From Bacteroidota bacterium (GTDB lineage Bacteria; Bacteroidota; Bacteroidia; Chitinophagales; Chitinophagaceae), in the NCBI GenBank assembly GCA_023386235.1, contig JAEWKC010000016.1, positions 26,069-90,068 of the forward strand: a stretch of DNA of 64,000 nucleotides. The letters are read 5' to 3'. The notes under the pieces were generated by a model. The model saw nothing but the letters and a program-made list of their open reading frames with translations. It searched no databases and had not been told where the DNA came from. Positions 10,401-18,585 of the stretch are shown here, one piece after another; the stretch's first letter is position 1; each line of letters starts with the position of its first letter. The position numbers and the translations under genes are program-made.

Positions 10401-10567
10401 CTACCAACTTCTTTATCGACTTTCTAAGAAAAGGCACATACGTGTTTGAGTATCCGGTGCATATAACACATACCGGCGACTTTAGCGTAGGCATTGCTAC
10501 TATCCAGTGTATGTATGCTCCTGAATTTGCAAGCCACAGTGAAGGCATCAGGGTTAACGTGAAATAA
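4475..10567 (+). CDS. alpha-2-macroglobulin family protein (bacterial A2M, 2030 aa)
   Basis: Type I signal peptide (MQKLFLIVLIITTSMFSSNAQ). A CxEQ thioester-type motif lies in YPYECSEQTF (CSEQ = nt 8909-8920, Cys about residue 1479). Size and repetitive beta-rich MG-like architecture fit the family. Confidence 0.85.
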   Translation: MQKLFLIVLIITTSMFSSNAQSNKYAAQWKQVDTLLARQSLPKSALTIVNDIYSNAKKSGDTDEMIKALVYKFNLEERTSEKEINDVIQILNQEIASSKEPLAKNLLYAIKAQKLIEYKDANSWRIRQRSETENYVKSDVLTWSAADFNDAISHLFDSSLANANTLKQSQLKDYRAVIAKGNTPGLRLTMYDLILHYKLDYYKNNNDLEIKPTNEFLLNKPEYFLPSEQFVQLNIQSEDTLSSKLITVKTFQEVLAYYLTNKSTSALADADVNRIEWMYNNAVIADKDTLYTEALKNILSKYGSNPYAKQAAFLLASFYREQADKYQTPSDTTNRWKNITALELIEKYTDAKDTSYAAKNLLNLKEVIMGKSLSTTTENISSSNKPLRALVAYKNINKIFVKIIQSDFLEKNNFYNNNEFWKKVTNSKNIVQSFSQQMPLPTDYQQHRAEIKIDGLSAGRYILLASDNEDFTVKSKLSAQEFDVSDLAYMQNQQRFFVLNRETGHPVSGATIHFLTDHSNQKPVYQKVITGSDGSALAPASKNNHSYNNGYITYGKDRLEFNGGYHYYPRKITNTSTNAEEFIKKNTRIHFFTDRSLYRPGQTVYFKGIVTSIDSKTRQTILHKTQEPLSIILRDVNGRKIDSVKVKANDNASFSGSFQLPQGVLTGAFSIGDSRGNNSVHFNVEEYKRPTFLVEYDTLKTDYRLNDSITITGTAKAFAGNTIDNAQVKINVTRSARYPYPWLWRGFMPPTPQAQIHNEIVTTDENGKFSFTFKAVPDENTDKNLKPVFHYKIEAAVTDNNGETRQNTTSLSIGYQSLLLDILHAENIETDAFKEIKVSATNLSDQEIPASVTVKVFALETPARLIRDRYWQRPDQFVMDKETYISYFPYDEYDNETDKTNWQKTKEVYSKTANANDDKAFSLNNQKLAAGWYVIEASAKDKDGNEVINKKYIHIYDDKADQLSEKVYLWTSKTQRAEKIGDKDIFKIGTSADNVHVLQSIEVEILGENTSPVLSVLKLNNEIKTIVNNTASSDLNPSRTAYGFIKHNRLYTTDNTIMVMDASKKLNIEFATFRDKTEPGAKEKWQIKIADSKGKNVAAELLTAMYDASLDELKPHQWDLPFNEYRAIPNNGWSTAYQQFSQKGGFENYRDSDFKNVEDKIYDKFIFEEDASIVYASQGAVYGVAAPANTRVRGVASVNEESLFVRDINLGAVQKESAGSSDAMNDIDFMQPDTTAFLNKESNSLQAPLRTNFNETAFFMPHVYADKDGLYTIDFTMPDAMTKWRWMNFAYNTALQHGYNEQFTVTQKTLMVQPNMPRFLRAGDTLDLSVKISNLSEKTLSGNAHISIEDAITGETIHWQKLSSAAFSVPAGQSGNVKFPVIISSTAVNPLTIKINGTSENFSDGEQHTLPMLTNKIFVTEALPMYVQGDTTIHFTFDKLVNNNSNTLQTQALTVEFTANPVWYAVQALPYLMEYPYECSEQTFSRFYANAMAAHIVNKNPGIKKVFDQWLEDSTALMSNLQKNQELKQVLIEETPWILDAASEAEQKKNIALLFDMAKMSNQLQSSLSKLQEMQLGNGAFPWFKGGRADRYITQYILTGIGRLNKLNAVPQQSKTMLKAIADKAHKYLSDELTKDYTKLKRDVKPADLSKDNVGALQIHYLFANSYFNASPKTEAEKYYYGQAKKFWNTKSSYSKGMITAFLYRATDKEFAENTVLKSLLENAVEDKVAGTYWKDMSYGYYWYQAPIEQQALMIEITNEIALSKNNAALKTAVNGMQNWLIRNKQTNNWQTTKATADACYALIAVNNLIGVQKTIRINLGNQLTVSTQTGEAGTGYIKEVVEGEKVTSSLGNISVSTSATPHQTYNSTPAYGSVYWQYIEEMDKVTSAATPLSLTKQLFTEANTAQGKKLTPVNKGDVLKVGDKVIIRVILKSDRDMEYLHLKDMRATSMEPVNVISSYKWQDGLGYYEATKDASTNFFIDFLRKGTYVFEYPVHITHTGDFSVGIATIQCMYAPEFASHSEGIRVNVK

Positions 10568-10593
10568 TACTGCATATAACTTTTAACCAATTT

Positions 10594-10628
10594 CAATGCA
10601 AATGTATCAGTACATTTGCATTGTTTTT
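10594..10628 (+). terminator. rho-independent terminator after the A2M gene
   Basis: Perfect 13-bp stem caatgcaaatgta / tacatttgcattg with loop tcag, then TTTTT. Confidence 0.8.
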
Positions 10629-10645
10629 ATAACTATCTCCTTTTC

Positions 10646-13099
10646 ATGTACAAAGCGAAAGAATTAAAAAATATATTACAGTGCAAAGCACGTCTTAGCA
10701 ATGAAAATGCATTGATTAAACATGTATATGTAGACAGCAGAAAAATTTCATTTGCCGAAGAGGGCTTGTTCTTTGCCTTACAAACAAAAGACCGCGACGG
10801 ACACTCTTTTATTGAAGAGGCTTATGAACAAGGAGTAAGAAACTTTGTTGTAAGCATAGATTTTAACTATACACTTTTTAACGACGCTAACTTTTTTTTA
10901 GTTCAGGATACACTAAAGGCACTGCAAGAAACGAGCGCAAACCATCGGCAAAAATTTCATTACCCGGTGATAGGCATTACAGGTAGCAACGGAAAAACAA
11001 TCGTAAAAGAATGGCTTTACCAGTTACTTTCAGATGATTATAAAATAGTAAGAAGTCCCAGAAGCTACAACTCACAAACCGGCGTACCGCTTAGTGTTTG
11101 GGAAATGAGTAATGATAATGACCTGGCAATATTCGAAGCTGGAATTTCAGAGAAAAATGAAATGCAAAAGCTCGAAGAAATCATACGTCCTGACATAGGT
11201 ATCATTACTAACATAGGTGAAGCACACAGCAAAAACTTTACTGATAATGCAGAAAAACTTCAAGAGAAACTTCAATTATTTAAACATACAAAAATCGTAT
11301 TTGCTTTGTATGATGATGAATTAATTAAAAATAACTTATCAAAAAATATTCATTCAGAAATATTCTCTATAGGTTTTACTCCTGACTGTACACTATTTAT
11401 ATCAGATAGAAAAATCTCTGCTAAAAATACGGAAGAAGTTTCCTATTATAAAGAAAAGAGATATTCTCTCACGTTACCTTTTACAGATTCTGCCAGTCTT
11501 CACAATTGCTTTATTTGCATTGCTCTTTGCTTATACCTGGGGATCAATATAGAAGAAATACAGAAGAGAGTAAGCAAGCTACAACCGCTTGAAATGCGGA
11601 TGCAGGTATTGCCGGGCATTAACGGATGCACGTTTATCAATGACAGCTACAGCCTTGATTTGCAGTCTCTCAACATTGCTCTTGACTTCCTCTTTATGCA
11701 ACCCAACGCCAAAACCGTTATTCTTTCAGACATTCCGAATGCTGAAAACCACGCATACGAAAGAGCAATAGACATGTTGAAAAACAGAAACGCTTTACAA
11801 CTGATAACCATTGGACCGGAATGGTACCGGAAGAAAGAAATTTTAAAAAGTATTTTTCCGGAAACAGCGTTTTATACATCTACACAGGAATTTATCAATC
11901 AGTTCAATTCGCAGCATTTCAGAAACAGAACTGTTTTAATTAAAGGTGCCAGAAAATTTTCTTTCGAAAACATCATACCTTTATTTCAACAAAAAATTCA
12001 TTCTACATTTTTAGAGGTGAATCTTTCTGCCATTATTCACAATATAAAAGAATACAGGAAGCGACTATTACCCGATACAAAAATTATGGCTATGGTAAAA
12101 GCTTTCGGCTATGGAAGCGGCAGCCTGGAAGTGGCCGGTATACTACAGTTTCACAAGGTTGATTATCTTACGGTTGCTTATACAGATGAAGCTGTTGATT
12201 TAAAAGAAGCAGGCATTCAGCTTCCTGTTATGATAATGAACATTGAAGAAAGTTCTTTTCGTAAAATTGTTTCTTACGGATTAGAACCAGAAATTTTTTC
12301 TTTTAAAATTTTATACAACTTCGCCGATTATTTGCAAAAAGAAGGAATACAACAATATCCGGTACATATAAAAATAGATACAGGTATGCACCGCCTGGGA
12401 TTTGAAGAAGCAGACATATCGAGCCTTGCAGCGTTTCTACAGAAAAATACTTTTATTCAAATAAAATCGGTTTTCAGCCATCTGGTAGCCAGCGAAGACG
12501 CGCAGGATGATGCGTTTACACAAAAGCAGGCAGCTGTGTTTGCAAAATGTTGCGCGCAGCTGGAGAAAGAAGTTGGCTACACTTTCTTACGACATCTATC
12601 TAATTCAGCGGGCATTGTTCGGCATCCCGATTTGCAATTCGATATGGTTCGTTTAGGGATAGGATTATACGGCATTGACAGCTCCCAAAGCAATGACTTT
12701 GATTTGCAACCCGCCATTTCTTTTAAAACTACAATAGCGCAAATAAGAAAATTAAAAGCCGGAGAAACCGTAGGCTACAACCGCAAAGGATTATTAAAGA
12801 AAGATGCGGTTATTGCTACCATACGGGTTGGCTATGCCGACGGTTTTAAAAGAAGCCTTGGCAATGGAAAGGGTACGGTATATGTAAAAGGGAAAATGGC
12901 GCCAGTAGTTGGCATTGTTTGTATGGATATGACGATGATAGATATTACCGGTATTGAAAATGTACAGGAAGAAGATGTTGTAGAAATTTTCGGCACGCAT
13001 CTTCCTATAGAAAAAGTTGCCGAATGGTGCCATACCAACACTTACGAGATCCTTACAGGTATAGGACAGCGTGTAAAAAGAATTTATACTGAAGAATAA
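10646..13099 (+). CDS. bifunctional MurF-like Mur ligase / alanine racemase fusion protein
   Basis: The N-terminal half has a Mur-ligase P-loop (GITGSNGKT). The C-terminal half is an alanine racemase (AMVKAFGYGSG PLP-lysine region, VGYADG, VCMDM). I set the start at ATG 10646 because the tracked start at 10616 lies inside the upstream terminator. Confidence 0.85.
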   Translation: MYKAKELKNILQCKARLSNENALIKHVYVDSRKISFAEEGLFFALQTKDRDGHSFIEEAYEQGVRNFVVSIDFNYTLFNDANFFLVQDTLKALQETSANHRQKFHYPVIGITGSNGKTIVKEWLYQLLSDDYKIVRSPRSYNSQTGVPLSVWEMSNDNDLAIFEAGISEKNEMQKLEEIIRPDIGIITNIGEAHSKNFTDNAEKLQEKLQLFKHTKIVFALYDDELIKNNLSKNIHSEIFSIGFTPDCTLFISDRKISAKNTEEVSYYKEKRYSLTLPFTDSASLHNCFICIALCLYLGINIEEIQKRVSKLQPLEMRMQVLPGINGCTFINDSYSLDLQSLNIALDFLFMQPNAKTVILSDIPNAENHAYERAIDMLKNRNALQLITIGPEWYRKKEILKSIFPETAFYTSTQEFINQFNSQHFRNRTVLIKGARKFSFENIIPLFQQKIHSTFLEVNLSAIIHNIKEYRKRLLPDTKIMAMVKAFGYGSGSLEVAGILQFHKVDYLTVAYTDEAVDLKEAGIQLPVMIMNIEESSFRKIVSYGLEPEIFSFKILYNFADYLQKEGIQQYPVHIKIDTGMHRLGFEEADISSLAAFLQKNTFIQIKSVFSHLVASEDAQDDAFTQKQAAVFAKCCAQLEKEVGYTFLRHLSNSAGIVRHPDLQFDMVRLGIGLYGIDSSQSNDFDLQPAISFKTTIAQIRKLKAGETVGYNRKGLLKKDAVIATIRVGYADGFKRSLGNGKGTVYVKGKMAPVVGIVCMDMTMIDITGIENVQEEDVVEIFGTHLPIEKVAEWCHTNTYEILTGIGQRVKRIYTEE

Positions 13100-13101
13100 T
13101 A

Positions 13102-13704
13102 TTATGCTTCCGGAAGCATCAATCTTTTCCATTTAGATATAATTCTGATGCCCAGCACAATTATTATACATATAATAATATTTATCGTAGCATCCAAAGC
13201 CAGATATTTACCTCCTATATATACTGCTCCGCCAATACCACATGCTGTTGCATAAAGCTCTCCTTTGCGCAATAAGGCCGGCACATTACCGCAGAGCATA
13301 TCTGCCAGCAATCCTCCAAACGTGGCCGTTACAACGCCCATAAACAAGCTATAAACATCATTAGCTCCGTACAATGCACTTCTGTCTATACCTGCTACCG
13401 TAAACAACCCTAAACCCACAGCATCAGTAAAGAAAATGAGTCTTCTAAGTTTATTGAAATTAAATTTTATTATTGAAACTATGAGTACCGCTGATATTAC
13501 CAAGGTCAAAGCCAGATTATCATTCATCCAGTTTACGGGCGAAGTATCCATAATTAAATCGCGTATGGTGCCGCCTCCGTAAGCCGTAACAAATGCCAGC
13601 ACTATTGCACCAAAAATATCAAAGTGATGGGCCTGCGCCTTCAGTGTACCCACAAGAGCGAATATAAAAATACCACAGTAAATAACGATGTCTAACGTAT
13701 CCAT
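13102..13704 (-). CDS. trimeric intracellular cation channel (TRIC/UPF0126, YadS-like) membrane protein
   Basis: Polytopic membrane protein of 200 aa with the duplicated UPF0126 glycine motif (AYGGGTIRD and TFGGLLAD). Confidence 0.8.
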   Translation of the reverse strand: MDTLDIVIYCGIFIFALVGTLKAQAHHFDIFGAIVLAFVTAYGGGTIRDLIMDTSPVNWMNDNLALTLVISAVLIVSIIKFNFNKLRRLIFFTDAVGLGLFTVAGIDRSALYGANDVYSLFMGVVTATFGGLLADMLCGNVPALLRKGELYATACGIGGAVYIGGKYLALDATINIIICIIIVLGIRIISKWKRLMLPEA

Positions 13705-13785
13705 TACTTTTGTTTTTCCTTGATCGGGCGCTAAGTTCGCTTATTAAATTAATATTTTCAATTATAAAAAACAGATACGTAGATT

Positions 13786-16200
13786 TTATTCTTCTTTGCT
13801 CTTCAAATACTTTTCCAGCCATTGATCTTGCTCCCACAAAACATGCAGTATAGATTCTTTAGCGGCATAGCCATGACTTTCCTTGGGCAGCAGCACCAAT
13901 CTTGCAGGCGCGCCCAGACCTTTAAGGGCATTAAAGTACCTTTCGCTTTGCATGGTAAAAGTACCGGAGTTATTGTCTTCACTACCATGAATTAAAAGCA
14001 ACGGCGTTTTCATTTTATGCGCATTCTGAAAAGGCGACATGCCATTATAAATCATAGGCGCGTCCCAATAATTTCTTTCTTCACTCTGAAAGCCAAATGG
14101 CGTAAGCGTTCTGTTGTACGCGCCACTTCTTGCAATGCCGGCCGCGAATAAGTTGGAATGCGACAAGAGATTGGCTGTCATGAATGCCCCGTAAGAATGT
14201 CCTCCTACTGCGATCCTTTTCCTGTCAATGATTCCTCTTTGGTCCAACACATCAATTGCAGCTTTGGCATTGTCTACCAGCTGCTCTATAAAGCTATCAT
14301 TGGGCTGCTTATCTCCTTCACCCACTATAGGAAAAGCCGCATTGTCTAAAATGGCATACCCACGTGTAACCCAATATATAGGCGATCCATAATACGGAAA
14401 AATAAAATTATTAGGATTGGTAGTTGTTTGTCCTGCCGTAGATTTATCTTTAAACTCCTGCGGGTAAGCCCACATTATTAAAGGTAATTTTTCTTTTCCA
14501 TCATACGCCGCCGGTAAATATAAAGTACCTGAAAGCTCCAGCCCGTCTGCTCTTTTGTATGTGATCAGTTCTTTTTTCACATTGCCCAAGCTTTTAAAAG
14601 GATTGTCGAAGGAGGTAACTTTAGTAAGTGTATTATTCTTTATGTTTCTGATAAAAAAGTTAGGATAATCTACCGGTGACTGAACGCTTACCAACACGGT
14701 TCCCTTATCTCTGTCAAGTATTTGCGAAATATTCTCCGCTTTATCTTTGTACGCTGATGTATACAATCTTTTTGTTTTCTTTGTTGCCAGATCCAGCTCA
14801 TCAATAAACGGGAACTGCCCGTCTTTGGTAAAGCCCTGGCTTATAAGAAGCACTTTATTATTTTTAATATTCAGCACATATTTATCATACTGATTTTTGT
14901 GTGTTTCAAAGTCGCCGGGGTCGCCGTATACATCCTGATAGTTCCTGTCGAAAAGCAACTCTGCCTTCCCCGACTCAGGTTTCAGTAAATAGGTTTTTGT
15001 ATTTCTGTTGTTAAACCAGTTATCTGAAAGCATGGCTACATCATCGTTTCCCCATACTATGCGGGAAAACCTATTGATGGTTTTAGCTATCGGCATTTCA
15101 TTTCTAAAAGGATAATCCGATACAAAAAGTTCATCTCTGTAATCCGTTTTTTTAGAAGGGTCTCCCTCGTCTAAAGCCTGTACCCAGTATAGTGTAGCAG
15201 GTTTATCATTTCTCCATCCTATATTTCTTTTGCCTGTAGGAACGGCCATAAACCCTTGTGGCAATGTTTCTATCAAAGGCTGCCGGCCAATTTCTTTCAC
15301 TAAATTTCCTGCAATATCGTACACCGATGTAATTCTGGGAAAGCGGTGATACGGGACAATATAAGAAAAAGGTTTTTGTATATTATTCACTAAAATAAAT
15401 TTGCCATCGGGCGAAAATTCCAGCGAAGCATACATTCCTTTTGCTTTCCAGAGAGTAGAGCTGCCGTCAAGAGATACCTTATGAAGCTCTGAGCTGATAA
15501 GGGTTTCAAAGTTTTCTTCATCTACTTTGCTCTTCAGCAAATCCTGGTAGGTTCTGTTTTGCGCTTTGCTGCCATCGCTCATTGAAACCTGTGGACCGGA
15601 AGGCAATATATTTTCTTCCTTTATAATCGCTACCCTGTTTGCCGGCAGGGTCTTGATAAGTATATGCTGATTATCTCTGAACCAGAGAATAGGATTGCCC
15701 ATGTTTGCATTTAATAGCTTATCACCTATTTTTTTTGCAGAATTACTCAATACATCCAACACCCAGAGCTCAAGGCCATTGTTGGTGGTATGCGTAAATG
15801 CCAGTAATTTTTCGTTGGGCGAAAAAGTAAAGTTTGCCAGCTGCGCATTGGCCGGCAATCCGTTCACCTTATTTATTTTTTCTCCTGAAAGCGGCTTGGT
15901 TTCAAGGTTTGTAACGTAGGTGACTGTGCTGGAAATATTTGTAGTAGGATTTATTCTAAGCCCTGCCAATCGCATTTCTTCCGCTGACAATTCACGCAAT
16001 GTCTTATAAGTATTTCTATATTGAAAAATGACAGTATTATTCTTCTCACTTAACAGCACAGAGGGTGGGCGCTGATAATCTACAAGGTCTAGAATTTCTT
16101 TAGGTGGTTTCTGATACGTAATACTCTCTTGTGCCATAACATGTAGGGTTGGGAATAAAAATAATATGCTTATAATTTGTTTCATGTGTGTGAGTTTCAT
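13786..16200 (-). CDS. S9 family (prolyl oligopeptidase/dipeptidyl peptidase type) serine peptidase, secreted
   Basis: Signal peptide, N-terminal beta-propeller-like region, and C-terminal alpha/beta hydrolase with GGHSYGAF (nucleophile Ser) and LLIHGSEDNN. The start could instead be Met-6 at 16185. Confidence 0.85.
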   Translation of the reverse strand: MKLTHMKQIISILFLFPTLHVMAQESITYQKPPKEILDLVDYQRPPSVLLSEKNNTVIFQYRNTYKTLRELSAEEMRLAGLRINPTTNISSTVTYVTNLETKPLSGEKINKVNGLPANAQLANFTFSPNEKLLAFTHTTNNGLELWVLDVLSNSAKKIGDKLLNANMGNPILWFRDNQHILIKTLPANRVAIIKEENILPSGPQVSMSDGSKAQNRTYQDLLKSKVDEENFETLISSELHKVSLDGSSTLWKAKGMYASLEFSPDGKFILVNNIQKPFSYIVPYHRFPRITSVYDIAGNLVKEIGRQPLIETLPQGFMAVPTGKRNIGWRNDKPATLYWVQALDEGDPSKKTDYRDELFVSDYPFRNEMPIAKTINRFSRIVWGNDDVAMLSDNWFNNRNTKTYLLKPESGKAELLFDRNYQDVYGDPGDFETHKNQYDKYVLNIKNNKVLLISQGFTKDGQFPFIDELDLATKKTKRLYTSAYKDKAENISQILDRDKGTVLVSVQSPVDYPNFFIRNIKNNTLTKVTSFDNPFKSLGNVKKELITYKRADGLELSGTLYLPAAYDGKEKLPLIMWAYPQEFKDKSTAGQTTTNPNNFIFPYYGSPIYWVTRGYAILDNAAFPIVGEGDKQPNDSFIEQLVDNAKAAIDVLDQRGIIDRKRIAVGGHSYGAFMTANLLSHSNLFAAGIARSGAYNRTLTPFGFQSEERNYWDAPMIYNGMSPFQNAHKMKTPLLLIHGSEDNNSGTFTMQSERYFNALKGLGAPARLVLLPKESHGYAAKESILHVLWEQDQWLEKYLKSKEE

Positions 16201-16248
16201 TTGTTTCTAAAATACAATTTTTTCTTCGAAATAAGGTAATAAAAAACT

Positions 16249-17004
16249 TTATTGCATCTGGAAAGTGAGCCTGCTAAAGTCTTCTACAGACAATTGCTCT
16301 GCTCTTTTAGAGAATATTTCCTGTGCCAAAACTTCTTCGCTAAATAAAGGTTTTACAGCATTGCGCAGCATTTTTCTTCTCTGGTTAAAAGCTAACTTCA
16401 CTAAAGTAAAAAAAGCTTTTTCAGATTTCATGTCAGGTATATCTTTTTGCCGCTTTAATGCAATTACGCCGCTCATCACTTTTGGAGGCGGGTTAAAGCT
16501 TTCGGGCGGCACATCAAACAAATACTCTACACTATAATATGCCTGGATCAAAACACTCAAAATTCCATATACTTTAGAGCCCGGCCCTGCTGCAATGCGC
16601 ATGGCCACTTCTTTCTGAAACATTCCTACAACCCGTGGCACCTGCTCTTTCCACTCTAAAATCTTAAAAAGAATTTGCGAAGAAATATTGTATGGAAAAT
16701 TTCCTACAACAGTAAACGTTTCTTCAAAGGGTGCAGAAGCTTTTAAAATATCCTGATGAATAATTTTATTTTTGACCGAAGGATAAGTTTGTATAAGATA
16801 GTGTATTTTTTCCTCGTCAAGCTCCAGTGCTTTAAAATGTATATTTTCTATAGAAAGCAGATATTTTGTAAGCGCGCCTCCACCCGGACCTATCTCTAAT
16901 AATCTGTCGTATTGCTCCCGGTTAAGCGCCTCTACTATTTTTATACAGATATTTTCATCTTTCAAAAAATGCTGTCCTAATGATTTTTTTAATGTATACA
17001 TCAA
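16249..17004 (-). CDS. rsmA: 16S rRNA (adenine1518/1519-N6)-dimethyltransferase
   Basis: LGQHFL start motif and EIGPGGGALT SAM-binding motif; NFPYNISS. Confidence 0.9.
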   Translation of the reverse strand: MMYTLKKSLGQHFLKDENICIKIVEALNREQYDRLLEIGPGGGALTKYLLSIENIHFKALELDEEKIHYLIQTYPSVKNKIIHQDILKASAPFEETFTVVGNFPYNISSQILFKILEWKEQVPRVVGMFQKEVAMRIAAGPGSKVYGILSVLIQAYYSVEYLFDVPPESFNPPPKVMSGVIALKRQKDIPDMKSEKAFFTLVKLAFNQRRKMLRNAVKPLFSEEVLAQEIFSKRAEQLSVEDFSRLTFQMQ

Positions 17005-17041
17005 TTGTATTAAAAGACTTTAATGTTCAAAAAAAGTATGT

Positions 17042-17605
17042 CTATCTTACTATTTTATCCGGATTTTTATTAATAAAATCGGCCCAACCTTTAGATTTTT
17101 TACTAAGCGGTACGGGACTTTGCAATTGATAATAATGACACATGGCCACGGCCAGAGCATCGGACGCATCCAGGTATTTAGGATTTTCTTCCAGCAAAAA
17201 TGTGCTTTGGAGCATTTTCCATACCTGTTCTTTAGAGGCATTGCCATTTCCCGTAACAGATTGTTTTACTTTTTTAGGAGAATATTCCGTTACGCTTAAA
17301 CCGTATTGCATAGCTACAGCAATGGCTATACCCTGAGCCCTGCCTAACTTGAGCATACTCTGTACATTTTTACCGTAAAAAGGCGCTTCTATAGCGAGTG
17401 CTTTCGGTTGATACAACTCTATTAATTCTTTTATAGTGCTATGTATTTTTTCTAACCGCACATACATATCTTTTTGTGATGAAAGTAACAATGTGCCCAT
17501 AGACTGTAGTTGAAGCTGCCCATTATTAGCGTCAATTATGCTGTAACCCATTTGTAAAGTTCCGGGGTCTATTCCTAAAATCACTTCTGTAATAGAAGAT
17601 TTCAT
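17042..17605 (-). CDS. ruvC: crossover junction endodeoxyribonuclease RuvC
   Basis: ILGIDPG N-terminal catalytic motif, and the DASDALAVA region near the C-terminus. Confidence 0.9.
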   Translation of the reverse strand: MKSSITEVILGIDPGTLQMGYSIIDANNGQLQLQSMGTLLLSSQKDMYVRLEKIHSTIKELIELYQPKALAIEAPFYGKNVQSMLKLGRAQGIAIAVAMQYGLSVTEYSPKKVKQSVTGNGNASKEQVWKMLQSTFLLEENPKYLDASDALAVAMCHYYQLQSPVPLSKKSKGWADFINKNPDKIVR

Positions 17606-17650
17606 TCTATCTTTAATTGTTGTTGATATATTTTATTATCGAACGAATAT

Positions 17651-17688
17651 AAAATAAAAAAGTGGATATATTTAATATCCACTTTTTA
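17651..17688 (-). terminator. rho-independent terminator after tonB (hairpin flanked by A and T runs)
   Basis: Stem agtggatat (17661-17669) pairs with atatccact (17675-17683), loop attta. On the minus strand a T-rich run follows (plus-strand aaaataaaaa at 17651-17660). Confidence 0.7.
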
Positions 17689-17708
17689 CCTTTATCAAAT
17701 TAAACCAA

Positions 17709-18563
17709 TTATTCTTGTACTTGGAACACGATTGATTGTTTCTTACGTGAAATAACTTTTTGGTTATTCTGTATACCTGGCTCCCATTTACCGCTGGCTT
17801 TAATAGCTCTTACGGCTTCCTGAGCAGTACCATATCCGGGGTCGTTCAGGGCTTTTACTTCCGTAACTTTTCCTTCTTTATCCACACGGAAAGAAACTGT
17901 TACTCTGTAGGTTCCCGGAGGCGCTCCGTTGTCTACGGGTGTATCCTGATTAAGGTTTCTTCTTAAGAAGTTTTCCCAATCGCCGGGGTATTTAGCCTCT
18001 ACCTGTACCGTAGTAAATTCTTTATCATAATCTTCTTTTACAGCAGGGGCCGCGCTAGCCGTTACGTTTACAAAAGCTTTACCACCCGCGCCGCTTACTT
18101 CTACAGGAGGCGCTACAGCTGTAGTTTTCAAACCTTCCTGATTAAAAGTACCGATACGCTCCTCAACCAGTTCTGTTTGAGTTTTTGGCGGTTCTTTTAC
18201 CTGAATATCCGGAGCTACTTTTGGAGGAGTAAACTTGGTAATATCCAATTTCACCGGCTCAGATTTTGGTGGCGGTGGTGGCGGTGGTAAAGGTGGAGGA
18301 GGCGGAGCCTCTACTCTTTGCTGCTGAATCTGTGATAGCTGAATGTCCTGTACCAACATAGTTGTTTTATCTTTATTCTTACTATCAAGATTTGCCTTCA
18401 TTAGTATTATTCCAGCTATAACTACAGTTCCCACTACAGCCAGCGCTAAGGCTAAACGTCTGATATACGTTTTTCTTAGCTCGTATGCACCGTATTCCTT
18501 GTTCCTTCCATCAAAGAGGATATCGAGGAAATCGGAGGTGGCTATTTTTTTTGCATCCATCAT
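17709..18563 (-). CDS. energy transducer TonB family protein
   Basis: N-terminal TM anchor, proline-rich spacer (PPPPPLPPPPPPPK), and a C-terminal TonB-C-like domain (YRVTVSFRVDKEGKV). Confidence 0.8.
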   Translation of the reverse strand: MMDAKKIATSDFLDILFDGRNKEYGAYELRKTYIRRLALALAVVGTVVIAGIILMKANLDSKNKDKTTMLVQDIQLSQIQQQRVEAPPPPPLPPPPPPPKSEPVKLDITKFTPPKVAPDIQVKEPPKTQTELVEERIGTFNQEGLKTTAVAPPVEVSGAGGKAFVNVTASAAPAVKEDYDKEFTTVQVEAKYPGDWENFLRRNLNQDTPVDNGAPPGTYRVTVSFRVDKEGKVTEVKALNDPGYGTAQEAVRAIKASGKWEPGIQNNQKVISRKKQSIVFQVQE

Positions 18564-18585
18564 AGTTAATAATTTTTTTATTTGG

